Below, one piece after another: positions 32,106 through 45,800 of a stretch of 64,000 nucleotides of DNA; position 1 is the first letter of the stretch, and every line of letters starts with the position of its first letter. The position numbers and the translations under genes are program-made. Origin of the DNA: Phaeosaccion multiseriatum. Its lineage: Eukaryota; Protista; Ochrophyta, other classes. Location: NCBI GenBank assembly GCA_965112735.1, contig OZ218952.1:3968001-4032000 (forward strand). Reading direction: 5' to 3'. The notes under the pieces are model-generated. The model was not told the origin of the DNA and did no database searches. It saw only the letters and a program-made list of their open reading frames with translations.

Positions 32106-35098
32106 CTACATTTGGGCCGCCGCCTGAGTGGGCCTCATGAGAGCGAGCATCACCAAAACCGCCGTGAGTGTGTGCGTGGCAATGTTGCTAAGCAGCTTTC
32201 TGTACAGTCCTGCCTGGGCAGCTTGACTAATGACCTCACAGGTGCCGTGAAAGTCCGACCAACACGCGCAGAAGGCGGATTGAAGCGCCCGGAAGGCCGG
32301 CAACGGCAACACCCAGCGGTGAGTGAGACCGAACTTGAAAGTGGTGACCATGAAGGCTGTGTGGTGGGTGGTGCGGAGCAGAGTTGGGGGGAGGGGGATG
32401 TGAGGGGGTAGGGTTGGTGTGTGGGAGTGCTCCTTCGTTGAGTGATGGAGGTGGTGGGTGATGCGGGAGCGAGTGCAGCCGCTGCAGGAGCAGCAGTTGG
32501 TGATACATGTACAGCGGTGGTGATGCAGCAGCGAGGAGAGCTGGATGGCACTCGGAGGACTGATAGGAGAGGAGTTGGGTATGCTGCAGAGTCACAGAAA
32601 TGTAGGTACAGTTGAGTTTGAGTTTGGATCAAGGGGATGGGACACAGAGACTGGGCAGTACAGGCAGAAGTCCGAGTCACCCTGCTCCCTCCCCACCCAC
32701 ACGCCACACGAACACTACACACACAATGAACTCACCATAGGCGGCGAGGTTAGCTCGCCAGGGCGCCCACTCCACCACCCAGCCATCGCTTTCTGCCCGT
32801 GCCTTCCCTAGCTGGACCCTCTCCTCCTCCTCCTCCTCCTCCTCCTCCTCCTCCTCCTCGGCCTCTACCTCTACCTCTACGCCATTCCCATCGCTATTGC
32901 TATTGCTACTACTACGGCTGCTGCTGCTGCTTCCCTGCTGTCTCTCTCCCACCCCTCCCCCCTCTAGAGCCTCGAACCAGTTGCCGAGGAGCAGGCCTGT
33001 AAGCGCCATAAACATGCTCCATAGGTACTCCACCTCCTCGTTGCTCAACTGAAGGTCAGGATAGAAGCTCTCTGTGGCGTAGGGTCGGAGGAAGGAAGGG
33101 AGGGGGGGGGAGGGGTAAGCCACGGTAAGAGCGGCGGAAGAGGGATACATACAATCCTTGGCGTCATTGCTCGTTGTGCCATGTGGCGAAAACAAGACAT
33201 TGCCACTTATGATGCACCTTTCCCCATCTTTCACTCGTGTCCAAAGGGCTGTTGACATGTGGAAGCAATCGCCATGCTTATGCTTTGTTTCTTTGGTTCT
33301 TTCTTTCTCTCTTTGACTACTCTACAGTTCAAGTCGTGACTTCCCTTCCCTCCAAGCTTCCAAGCCCCCACAATCCACATCTACTCACCCTGCCCTCCCC
33401 ATTGGGAGTATATCCCACCCGTGTAGTCAAAGTCCGCGTCGCGACCCACAGACCAGCCGCCCCCTTCCCCCCGAGTGACCTTGAGCCTCAGTTTGAGTTT
33501 GAGGAAGCCTGCGAAGACGACAAGGTACATTGCGGAGAGGAAATGCCCGCGTGTAGCACTGAGGAGTGGGGGGTGGAGGGAGGAGGAGGAGGAAGGGGGA
33601 GGAAGAGGAGGAGGAGGAGGAGGAGGAGGAGGAGGAGGAGGAGGAGGAGGAGGAGGAGGAGGAGGAGGAGGAGGAATGGGGTTGGGTACGAAAGGTAAAG
33701 GCGTCACTGAGGAGACCACGTTCGGGCTCTAAACAAACCCATGACAAGCAGCAACAGCAGCAGCAGCAGCAGATGGGCGGGTAGGCAGAGGATAGCCCTC
33801 CCCTCTCCCTCCCTCCCTCCCTCCCTCCCTCCTCCCAACCCTAACCCGCCCCTATTCTACCTCGGAAAGAGGGCAGAGGCGAGCTTTGAGATCCAGTCGG
33901 AGCACATCACGCCAAGCATATGGCCAAGGCCGTAGCAGAACGCTCCGCCGAGGAAGGAGATGAGAATGAAGGCTGCTCCGACGGCTGGGGATCCGCTCGA
34001 CACGGCGAGGTGGGCAGCGTGGGCAGCGACAAAGACTGTGGATGTCATCACCTGCGCGCAGATGGGCATATTGCACGGCACAGCGCAGCACGGTATGGTG
34101 GAGAGGGACGGAGGAGGGAAGGGAGGGAGGGAGGGAGGGAGGGAGGGAGGGAGGGAGGGAGGGAGGGAGGGAGGGAGGGAGGGGGAGGGGAGGGGAGGGG
34201 AAGGGGCGGAGGGGGGTAGGAGAGAGAGAGGTGATTGGGGTCGAAGTGGAGCTGGTGGCTGATGTGTAGAGGACAGGAGTTGGGGCGGAGCACCCAGTGG
34301 CACCCCGCAACACTACTTGTCGTCCAACCTGCCCTGCATCAGTTCCTCGCTCAGTCATTCCACTTCTGTTCCACTTGTCGCCTCCTTCCTTGGATCCTGT
34401 GTCTTCCACCCTCCATCTCATCCCGGTTTTTCACTCCTCACACACACACTACCCTCTCTCTCCTCAGACTCTCTCCTCACAGACACTCTTTCTCTCTCTC
34501 CTTCCACACTATCTCTCTCACCCCGAGAAAGCCGTTCTGGACAATGTCCGCGAAAAATGCCCAATCCGCCCGATCCCCTCCTGCGGCAGAGCGTCTGCCT
34601 CTCCTCTCCCCGTCACGCCTGGCGACGCCTTTGAGAAGGCCCAGCATGGCCGCACCGCCCATGTTGATGAGCGTGGCCAAAACGTCGTACTTCACCTGTA
34701 TGGCAGGGGAGAAAATCATAAAAAGTGTTATCACAGGAGGCCTTGTGAAAGACATCGATCTACGACTGCAATTCCCCTAGCCATCACCCGTATGCTAGAT
34801 TGTGCGCAAGTGTGGCCTAAAGCCTTCTTCTGCCTCTCTCAACGAGAATAAATGCTCCTTCAACTCATATCGCAGTGGAACACTCTCAGCAGCACTACAC
34901 CTCCTCTCTTCATTCCTTGCACCTCAGACACAACACTCGACCACCCAGCCTGCCACGCACCTCTCCAGCGTTCATGCTGCATCCCGCTCCCAGCAACGTG
35001 CAAGCCTTGGATGTGCTGACCCACCATTCCGTCACAAGCAGCGACGTGCCTGCCTGAGCCAGGGCGCCGGAGAGGGCTATACCGAGTTGCTTTTCCAT
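32106..35098 (-). CDS. Divergent two-domain CrcB/Fluc (FEX-like) membrane protein, ~9 predicted TM segments
   Basis: Domain 1: LGIALSGALAQAG, LATLINMGGAAMLGLL, VQNGFLGVMTSTVFV, FILISFLGG. Linker TM: FLSAMYLVVFAGFL. Domain 2: YLWSMFMALTGLLLG, WAPWRANLAAYAF, LQSAFCACWSDF, SNIATHTLTAVLVMLAL. The exons join in phase. Confidence 0.65.
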
Positions 35099-36385
35099 TT
35101 CGAATGACGCCCTGGCTTGACTTGGCTGGGGAAAGGTGGTGAGAGCGTCGCAATTTCAACCTCGGTTCTTCTCTTTCATCAAAGCCTTCTAGCTGCAGGG
35201 CGGCCTTTGAGCAAGACTTGAAAGACCAGTACAGTCTAGAGCTGCCTATTTACCCCAGTCTTGGCCGATGAAGGAGGAGAGAGGAACTGTCTGCCGTAGA
35301 ACGAGAGAACAGAAATTAGAAAAATCAACCCACAAGTTGGTTCACGGCTTCGCAGATTCACAGATGGGTGCAAAGGCACCACGCACGCGCCCACGGTCAC
35401 TGGGAGGCTGCCTAGAGGCGGGCTAGCGGCCTAGAGCAAAAACGCTAGGCGTGTATGGGGCTGACCATGTGCGTGAGTGCGACGAGGAGGGGGAGCGGAG
35501 GGAACGTATGTTCCTTCTGTGTGTCCGACGACAGCAAGGACGAGCAAGGACAGAACCGACTCTCCTCTTCTTGGTACTCTTTTTACTCCTTTGGCGGCAC
35601 GGGCGTGTGCGTCTCCTCCAGGGGCAGCCTCGGGGAGAGATGCGAAGGAAACGAAGACTACAGCACGTGTAAGAGACAGCTACTTTGCATCGAGGGCACG
35701 TGCCAGGAGTAGGCCAACGGGCCAATCGGAGCGCAATGGTGCCTACCTGAGGGTGGGGATGCTTGGCGGGCGGAGCGGAGCAGGGCGTGGAGCGAGCGGA
35801 GAGTGTCCAGAGTACGGCCTGCTGCCCACCTGCCCAGCCTCTTCGCATCTTCACCGGCGGCCTTGCGGAGCTTCATCATCTGGTCACGGCCCTCTTGTCT
35901 TTCATTCAAGGGGGCCACATGCGCTCGCAGTCTTATCACTTCACTACAGGCTCTAAACCTCAAGGATATTGCCATGTTAAGCACCAAGTATACCCGCGGG
36001 GTCATGACTCTCTAGGCAAAGGCGGAGGCCAAGGCTCGAGGCCGAAGCGGCAGTTGGTGATACAGCAGCAGCACTGGAAACCACACTGGCTTCCTCCTCT
36101 CATGAATTATTTTTTCTACATTTGCCTTAAAATAAATTGGTTGGGCAAGTCCCAGTGCACCTTACGACCTTATCACCCCTGTCAGGAGTGCCATTCGGTG
36201 CCATCCGGACAACAGCACTTCTCTCCTACTGTACTTAGTTGGGTGCTCCCTTCCCTATATACTTTTTCTTCTCCTCTCCTTCCTACTCTCGCTCTCCTCT
36301 TTCTGTCTCATGCCTCTCTCTATCGCCTTTCTCACCCATTCTCATCTTATCTAGTGTCACCTCCTCGCCTTTCCCTTCGCCTCGC

Positions 36386-39113
36386 TCAGGGCAGCAAGAT
36401 GCCCCCCACGCAGTGTATGCATGTGAGCAGCCCTTTACGCATCTCCTCCTCCGTCCGGTACTCGGGCAGCTCCACGCTAAAGAAGCACGTGTGGCTCACG
36501 GGAAGGGCCGCCTTGCCGCGGTTGCTGATCTGCTCTCCAAAGTGCGTCCGCCAAGCGGGAAGGAAAAGCGCACGAAGACAGACGCGCACACATCGAGAGA
36601 GAGAGAGGGCAAGAAAAAAAAGGGGGTGCGAGAGCAGCTTGTCGCGTCAGAAGGAGTTTGGCGTTTAGTTCCGAGACCTCTTCAATCTCTCGAGAAATGC
36701 CCACATCAAAGCTTAGGCCGGTAGGCATTCAAGGGCCTATCGTCACTCCCCCCCTCTCCTGGTACATGACCACAAGCACAATCACGCTGCCTCTCATCTC
36801 TCTCTCTTGCCGCTCGCCGCGAGGCACTACAGCGAGGCGAAAAGAAGAGAGACAAAGGGGCGCCGAGCTTTCTTCTCCCAGCAGCACCACCCCACGTCGA
36901 AAATCACACACTCCAGCCCCAGCCCTGGCCCAAGCTCCAGCTCCAGCCTAGAGCACAGTACGTAATCTTACACACACACCTTCATGTTGGCCTTCCAGTG
37001 TGCGGGAGGAGGCAGCCTGCTCCTGCCCCAGGCGAAGCGCAAGAACCCGCTCCTCTCCTCCGCGCTCACATCTCCCAACACCTTCCAGAAGAGCTCAATG
37101 GTGGGGTGATCGGGCTTGAAGCCCTTGTAGTTGGTGTGTGCCCGCCAAAAGGTCATGTCCACATCGGGGTCTCCGGCGACGGCGGCTTCAAGCTCGCTGG
37201 CTGTGAAGAGACGCAGAGCCTGGGTTGGGGGGGGAGGGGAGGGGAGGGGAGGGAAGGGAATGAGAAGGGGGAGGGGAGGAAGCGGTACGGCAAGCAAATT
37301 GTGACGTGTACAATAAGAACGGAGAAGGACCCCCTGCCCTCCCCTCTCCCTCCTTCCCTTCTCCTCCTCACCTTGAGCGGCACGAGCTGCCCCAGTCCGT
37401 TGGCCATGGCGCACACCTGCGCATCGAACTCCGCCAGACGCTTCTGCTGCACCAAGTGGCAGTAGCGCCGCCTGTTGGAGAAGGTCACATGTCTCGATGC
37501 CCCCCCAGGGAAGAGCTCCCTCTCCACCCCGTCGCTGCCTGTGCACGTGAAGGTGAGCTTGTCGCCGTACTTGTCGCAGAACTGCTCGTCGTCCGTCACG
37601 CCGTCCGCCTCGCAGTCGCGAATGGCCTGTGGGATGCGTTTCGTGCACGCGTTGGTGATACAGCAGAGTAGGGAGGCGTTGAGGCGCTTTTCGACATTTG
37701 TGATTGATCATCCTCTCGTATTCCTCTCCCCTCTTCTCTCTCTCCTGCCCTCCCTCCCTCTCTCACTCTCTCCCACCCACCCACCCACCCACCCACACAG
37801 AGACACAAACATACATACATACCGACAAGAACTGGCACGTGATGGTGTCGATCGACTGAAGGTCCTCAAAGCCCACCTCCAGGCCCACCAGAAGCTTCCA
37901 CACAATGCTGGGCAGCTCGAAGGGAAGGCACAGATGCGTCCTCAGACTCAGCCCCATGAGCTTGCCAGCGAAAGCGAACATGCGCAGGGCCAGAGGGGAA
38001 GCGTGCTGCGGATTGGGCAGATACTTTTCGTTGTTCTGCCCCGTGGCGTGTCGGGCGTTGGGACAGGGGATGAGAAGGTCGAGGTCGGGCGAGAAGATGC
38101 TTTGTACCATGTTGGTCACGCCCTCGCGGAAGGGTCCTCCTGCATCCACCCCGTCTTCGCCCACGAAGCTCACTTGGAACACCTTCTCGCCTGCGGTTTA
38201 CGGTTAGAGTTTAAAGTGGGTGGGGAGGTGTTTGGTGGGGAAGCCAGGGACGAATCGAGGGGGGGTCAGACAGACAGAGAGAAGGAAATTGGAAGAGGTT
38301 GCTCTAGTCAGTGCGAGACAATGCGCAAAAGGGAGGGGAAGTGGGGTCCTGGAAATGAAGACCCAAGCCGCAGAGGGACGGGCTGGACAGGCGGGGCGTA
38401 CTCGGGTACTCACCATCCCAAAGGCAGCGTAGGAGCTTGGGATCCCTGTGGTTGAGCTGCTGAAAGCCCTGCACAAACATGGCCTTGCTCGTGTGAATGT
38501 CCACATGGCCCAGCTCCCTGCTGTTGGCCGCTGACATATTGTCCAGCGAAATGGAAATGCAATCTCCGTCGCGTGTGCGGGTGGCCTCAATGACGGTGGA
38601 CAGGACGGCGGCCTTGAGGTGGCCCAAGACCATGTGGTTGTTGCCTCGCACCGTTGCCCCCAGGCTCTCCGGATGAGAGGCGGAGAGGTCCATAGCAGGT
38701 ATCGTGCGTTCAATGCGTTCGTTGAGGTGGAGGTACAGGGCGATGCGCACATGCAGGAGGGCAGGGGGGTGGAGCGAGGACAGGCGCTGGTGCTTGAAGG
38801 CCGCCTGGGAACGGCTCAGGGTCAGCACCCAGGGGTGGAGGTTCTGGGCCGCTGCCATGAATACCTGCAAGCATATAAACACACGCAGAAGGAAAAGGGA
38901 GGGAGGGAGGGAGGGAGGGAGGGAGGGAGGGAGGGAGGGAGGGAGCGGGGGAGGTAAGGACAAAGTGGGTAAGAAGGCGAGAAGAGGACGAAGGGGAAAG
39001 GAAAAAGGGGAACAGGAGGGGGCGGAGCTATGTATCCATGGCCACAGCCGTCACATCCACACACGGCAATGACCATAGGCAGGCGAGCACCAAGCCCAAC
39101 ACGCACACACACA

Positions 39114-39149
<36 letters not shown>

Positions 39150-40000
39150 CACACCTGCACCGTGGAAGAGTCCTCGAGCGAGTCCTTGAGCTTACTCTTG
39201 AGGTTGAGTAGCTCCAGCAGGGACGCGTCTTGCGCAGCGCTCCATGCCATCATGCCCCGCCGCACCGCCTCTAGGGAGGGCCGCGCGAAGGGGTCCACTG
39301 ACAGCGTCGCCAGTGGTGATGATGACGATGATGATGCACTACTTCTTTTACCCTTCCCTGAGGGCTCCTTCCCTGCGGGCTCAGCAACGCCCGAGTCTGC
39401 GTTGGACTTGTTGCTGCCGACGCCTTCCTTACTCTCACCACTCTCACCACCCTCAGCACCCTCAGCAGCAGCGCATCCCCTCCTCTGGACCTTCTGTATC
39501 ACCAACTGCTCCTGCTGCTGCTTCTCCACTCCAAAACCGCTGCTGTTGCTGCCGCTGCTGATGCTCCCGTCCCCGCCCTCGGAGTGGCTCGACTGGGTCT
39601 TGCTCACGAGAGGACAGCTTTGGATGTAGAGCTTGAGGCGGTCCTTGCGCTTCAGTCCCTTCGCCTTAGCCGTGAAGGCCCATCCCCAATACGACCGACG
39701 CCCACCCACGGCGGCAGTCTTGCGTGACCCTCTCTTTTGAGGTCCACCAACTCCTCCTTCTCCCCTCTTCCCCTCCACAGTAGCCGGGGTGCCCCTCCCC
39801 AACGGGGCTCTTCCGTCGCCGCCGTCTGCCTCCTCCTCCCCGTCTTCCTCTTGCTCGCTTTCCATAACCATGGCATCGTCACGTGAATCCTCCCCTCCGG
39901 CGGCACCTACCACCTCCTCTCGACCCTCGCCGCTCTCCATCCGCCTGACTGACCTCCGCCGGTTGAAGCTCATGTCTTCGATGTCCTCTTCGCCTTCCTC

Positions 40001-40040
<40 letters not shown>

Positions 40041-42764
40041 CTGCCTTCACCTCTCAATCGCCTCCTCCCAGCAGCCCCCCCTCCTCCTGCCGCATCTCCA
40101 TCGTTCCCGGCCCTCACTCCCACCCCCACGGTGGTCGTGAACATCTGCCTCGCCTCGTCGAGCCTTCGTCTGGACTGCGCTAGTCTGCGGGAGATGGTAT
40201 CTCTTCCTCCTCCTCCTCCTCCTCCTCCTCCTCCTCCTCCTCCTCCTCCTCCTCCTCCTCCTCCTCCTCCTCCTCCTCCTCCTCCTCCTCCTCTCTGCCG
40301 CGGATCGTGCTCGGCGAATCCGCTCTGCTCCCTCTCCCTCTGCAGTGCGTCATCGGACGGGCAGCTGCTTCGAACCATCCTCATCACCTCGTCGTCGCCA
40401 GCCCTTGTCTCAGCATCCACTTCGTCTTCCTCCTCGTCTTCTTCTTCCAAGTCCTCTATGTCCTCTTCCTCCTCCTCTTCGTCGTCATCATCATCGATGT
40501 CGTCTTCTGCCTCGTCCTCGTCCTCGTCCTCGTCCTCCTCCTCCTCCTCCTCCTCCTCCTCCTCCTCCATCTCTTCTCCCGCCTGCCCTACATCTTCCTC
40601 TTCCTCCTCAACCTCCGCATCTCCACCTTCCTCCTCCTCCTCCTCCTCCTCCTCCTCCTCCTCCTCCTCCTCCTCCTCCTCCCCCTCCTCCTCCTCCTCC
40701 TCACCCTCCTCCTCCTCCTCCCCCTCCACCACCTCCACCTCCTCGTCGCCGTCCTCCTCCTCAATCTCATCATCGTTTTCGATATCACACTGCTCCGCCT
40801 CTGCCTGTGCTGCCTCTGCCGCTGCCACCTCCAGCTCTGCGGCGTGTGCCTCCATGAGCTCCGTCACAGTTGGACACGCACCAACGGCTCCTCCATCAGT
40901 CCAGGGTCCAGGTGAAGAGTGGGACCGCCGATCCCTTGGCCCCGGGCCTGACAAAATGCAGCCTTGTGTTCTTGTGTGCCCCTCGCCGTCGTCTTCGTCT
41001 GCGCCGTCGTGTGCGTGGGCGTGCGTTTGCCCTTGCCGGGCGAGAGAGAGCGCAGATGACGGCCCTTCGCCACTCCTCACCCTGCTGCTGCCGCTGCCCT
41101 GCTGTGCGGCACTGCCCAATGCTGCCAGGGGCGCCATACCTTCTCCTTCTCCTCCGCCTCTGCTACCATTCCCCTGCAGGACCGCTGCAGCAGAAGCCAC
41201 CCGGCGCCGAGAGCGTGGCGACCATGATCGGGAGGAACCCGACACTTTCTGCCCGGTGGTACCCCTGCCTGTAACCGCACCTACAGAGGCCTTTTTGGAC
41301 GGAGCACAGGCCACCGTCGCCGCCTTGGTGGCCTTCGCAACCGCCGCCGCCGCAGCCGCAGGAGGGACGACCTTGAAGCGAGCGCGATTGCCCCGGATAC
41401 TCACCTCGTCTGCCCCTCGCCTCCGCACCGCCCCCTCTTGCAGGGTAGCAGAGTAGCGGAGGCGGCCCTTCCCGTCATAGAGGCAGAGCCGCCAGCCCGG
41501 AGGGAGAGAGCAGCGCCTGTCCAGCGAAAAGACAATGTGCGAGGCGCCAGGGTAAAACACCTCCCCTTCCCTCTGCCGCTCGAAGAATGCAGGGCTACCG
41601 GTACCTTTTTCTGTGGAGGGCCGTGGTGGAGCTGTTGAAATAGTCTGGACAGTGCCAGTTGTGACTGTCTGGACAGTGGTGCCAGTGCCTTGGACAGGCA
41701 CACCAGTGGCAGCAGCCGCAGTAGCAGCAGAAGGAGCAGTAGGAGTAGTAGCAGCACCAGTGATGGCATCGCCGCTCGCCCGAGCAGCCACAGTCGACAC
41801 TGTCCGGCTCACCACTGCCGTAACCGCCGCCGCCGCCACAGCCGCCGCCGCCTCCGGTACCACAGGAGCAGTGCTGACAGCTCCCTCCTCCCCCTCCTCC
41901 TGCCCCTCCTCTTCCTTCTCCTTCTCCTCGTGTCCACTCTTTCCCTCGCCGAGCGTGACACCCTCCACTGCCGTCGGTGCCGCCGCCGCCGCTGCTGCCT
42001 CCTGGCCCTCCCTCCCCTCCTGCTCCTCCAGCTCGGGCCGAAAGGGGTGCGCACTTGCGAAGCGCGATTGCTCCCACACGGGGCCCTCCGCGGCCACAGT
42101 GAAACCGTAGCCCCAGCACTTCTCCTCCTCCCTCTCCTCCTGCTGCTTCTCTTGGTCGCTCTTGCCCTCCTTCTCCTTCTCCTCCTTGGTTGCTCCTCCT
42201 CCTCCTCCTCCTCCTCCTCCTCCTCCTCCAGAAGACTTCTTGAGTAGCCCATCGCACCGCCGTCGGTCCGTGAAGGTGTGTGTCAGCGTCTGGCTGCCCT
42301 TAAAGATGAGCATCTTGGAGAAAGTCTTTTCCTTCCGTCCTGTCAAAACGTATTGCTCCACCGCACCTGTGTTGCAATCAAAAGAGCGAAACGCCAACTC
42401 CGTCCCCTCGGGGAGAGCACAGCGAGGCTCAAGGAACACCCTCAGCCGCGTCGCTCCATTAAAGACGAGGGTTTCCGACACAACCCAGGGGGTCTGCTTG
42501 GCTTGCTTGAGCTCAGGCCTGGGCTCCACAGAACGCTCTTCTGAGGAACATTCTTGCCCTTGACCCTCCGGCAAGGCAGGCGGGAAGGGCAGTGGATGGG
42601 CCGAGTGCCTGGTCCATGCCCTCCCCACGGCGCCCATCCACGCCTCGCAGATGAGTGCGTCGCACATGGAGTCGCCTCGCAGCGTGTTGATACCGTCCTG
42701 CACGTGACCGAGGTGGTGCAGAGAGGGAGAGGGAGAGTTGGCGATGGAGCTCCCTCCCCATCGG

Positions 42765-42821
<57 letters not shown>

Positions 42822-45800
42822 CAGTGGTGGTGGTGGCCCTGCTGCTGCCGATGCTTCGTCGCTCCGGACGCTGCGCCTCGTCCTCCTCGGCCTGCGGTTG
42901 TTGCTGCTGCGGGTGCTGGTGCTGGCAACGATGCCGTTGACTCAGGAGCCTCTGGAGACGCAAGGGGTGGGGCCGCCACATCCGCATATTGGGCAGAAGT
43001 TGGTGATACAGCACGAGCCGCTGGCGGCGTCGGTGGCGGTGGTGGCGGAAGGTGTGGCAGGGCCTGGGAGAGCGAGGAAGCAAGCGCATCCATGACTCCC
43101 TCCGCATGTGACTCCATACCTCCCTCCAAAGTCCGTCCTCGATTGCTTGCTGCGACAACAGCTTCAGCTTCATCACCCGCCCCCTCCACCGACGAGGCTT
43201 CTCCCTCCGCAATGCTGGCTTCACCTCCTTCCCAGGCGTCTCGCTCCACCACCAACGCTATTGCATCGCCCGGTGGTGCCACGGCGGTTTCAGATTCGGT
43301 TTCGTCTTCTTCCGTGAGCACTAGAGGCTCAGAAAATCCGCCTTCGCCAGTCGATTCATCTCTCCGCCAGACCCCTCCCCCTCCTCCTCCTCCTTCTGTG
43401 GCGGCTGCTGCTGCTGCTGCTGATGCTGCTGATGCTGCTGATGCTGCTGCTGCTACTACTGCTGCCGCTGCTGCCGATGCTGCTGCTGCTCCTGCTTCTG
43501 CAACCCGTCCGGTCCCCAACGCTGCTCTCATAGCCCCATAACTCGCACGCCTGATGCGATGGACGTCCTGCTCTGTACTCGAAGAAGAGGGTCGACTCCG
43601 ACCAGAGCGAGGAGGAATTTCACGCTCTCTACTCGATGAAGAGGGTCGACTGAAGGAGTGAGGAGAAGGATTGCCCCTACCCCTGCCTCCGTGCGTTGAC
43701 ATGGATCGCGACGGCCTCTCTCCAAGCTCTTGGTGCCTCGGCTCTCGATGGCGAACCGAAGTGGTGCCACTGCCCCTGCTGCTGCTGCTTCTGCCGCCGC
43801 TGCTGTTGCTGGCTGAAGCAGGGGTCGCTGATGTGGTCGGCCTCGTCGTCGAAGAAGAAGAAGACGAAGAAGCGGAAGAAGAGGAACCGGCGCTCTTAGT
43901 CGTGCTCGGAACAGCCGCATTGGAGCCGAACCGAGGCATACAGACCACGAGGGGCGCGAGTCCCGCTGAGGACGAGGCGCCGTCTCCGTCTTGCTCCTCC
44001 TCCCCCTCCCCCGCCTCAACCCCTGCCCCTGCCATTGCCTCCACGGCGGCTCGACTGACCGCGGCGGTGAGGTTGGCCGACGTTCGATCCTGAGCAGCTT
44101 TGACCGCAAGGACGAGCTCCGCCAGTTGCAAGAGGGGCTCCGGGGCGAAATGGACCTTGGCTGCTGCCGCGGCTTCCGGACCAGTCGCGGAGGTGGCAGG
44201 GGGGGTAGAGCGAAGCATGGAAGACTCCGTGTAACGGTCGCATTGCCGTAGGACCGCCTCCAAGAGACCGTCAAGGAGGAAGAGAGGAGGGGGGGCGGGG
44301 TGAAGCTCCATCCCTTGCCCCTGCTCTTGCGCTTGTCGTCTCGCTTCTCCTGCGGCCACTGTTGCTGTATCACCAACTGCTCCTGCTGCTCCTCCTGTTG
44401 TTGCAACTGCTGTTGCAGCTGCTGCTGCTGCTATCGCTACTGCTTCTTCTACTGCTGCTGCTGCTGCTACCGCTGCTGCTGCTGCAGGTTCCAAGTCCAT
44501 GTTGCTGTCCTTCCCCTTCCTTCTCTCGTGCAGCTTCACCACATCACGCCACAGTTGCCTCTTGCCCTCACCACTACCGCCGCCCATCTGGCTGATCCGA
44601 AACTGCACCCGACCGCTCTCTCTCACCAGCGCAATGAGAAGAGGCACCACTTCTTGCTTAAGCGGCGCCTCGGGGGCGCGAATGTACCCCACAAGAGCTG
44701 CAAACACCTCGGGACGGAGGGCAATGTGCCTTAGCGCACGTCGCCCCAGCAGCGAGGACAGCAGCCATAGGGCCCACGAGATGGAGGGGCCGCCCTGCTG
44801 CCCCTGTTGTCCCCGTGCTGCTGTATCACCATCTGTTGGAGGCCTTAAGGACGACGAGCACGTGGAAACCGCCTGGTCGGTAGTGGAGAGGAAAGAGGTA
44901 GGCTGCTGCTGCTTGCGCGGGCTCGTGCTACTGCTGCTGTTTGGTAAAGGAGCAATAGTGCAGATGCCATCACCTCCTCCTCCAGTTCCAGTCCCCACGG
45001 CGTCAGCTTCTCTGACCCACTCGCTGGTCAGGAAGGCCGTGTTTACCCCGCGCAGGGCGTGCCCTCTGCTAACACCGAGCTTGAGCTGCACTTTGTCTCC
45101 TCCCTCTTCATCACTGCTGTCGCCGCCGCCGCCGCCGCCGCCGCTGCTGCTGCTAGAAGACTTTTTCTGGGCAGGAGAGAGAGATGGGGTGGGGTGGGGT
45201 GGGGGGGGGGGGAGATAAGGGTGAAGGGTTGAAAAGAAGGAGGAGGGCACAAAAAAGGAGAGAGGGCGCAAGCAAGGAGAGAGGGTTGAAAAGGCTGATC
45301 AGGCGGACCAGAGGAGGAGGAGGAGGAGGAGGAGGAGGAGGAGGAGGAGGAGGAGGAGGAGGAGGAGGAGGAGGAAGAGGAGGAGGAGCACCGCACGCCA
45401 CAAAGGCAAGGAAAGGAAAGGCGGGGCAGGCAGGCAGAGAGAGAAGGGACGACGGCCCACCCACCGCACGCACCCCCCCCCCGCCAGCCGGGGCCGGCTC
45501 CTCCCCTCTTCTCCTTCATATTTAAGTACCTTCTTCTTCTTCTTGGAGCGCTTGTCGGACTGCCCGGACCCGCCCTTGGTCTCCTCTCGACGGCCCAGAC
45601 GGGCCCCTGTCTGACTCCCAAAGAACGTTCCGAGACCGTTCTGCACGTTCCAAATGGCGACGCCACTCCCACTCCCACTCCCACTCCCACTCCCACTTGC
45701 TCCCCCCCCTCCTCCTCCTCCTCCTCCTCCTCCTCCTCCTCCTCCTCCTCCTCTTGCTCCTCTTGCTCCTGAAGAAGAGCCCAGGCCTATGCAGCCCACG

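Noticed and set aside
33836-33848. CCCTAACCC telomere-like sequence (also GGGTTAGGG at ~13411)
   Set aside because: Isolated single units, expected in C- or G-rich tracts.
35100-36385. Several 60-300 aa ORFs between the HECT stop and the FEX-like start
   Set aside because: No recognisable motif or convincing spliced model. Probably UTR/promoter, although a small gene cannot be excluded.
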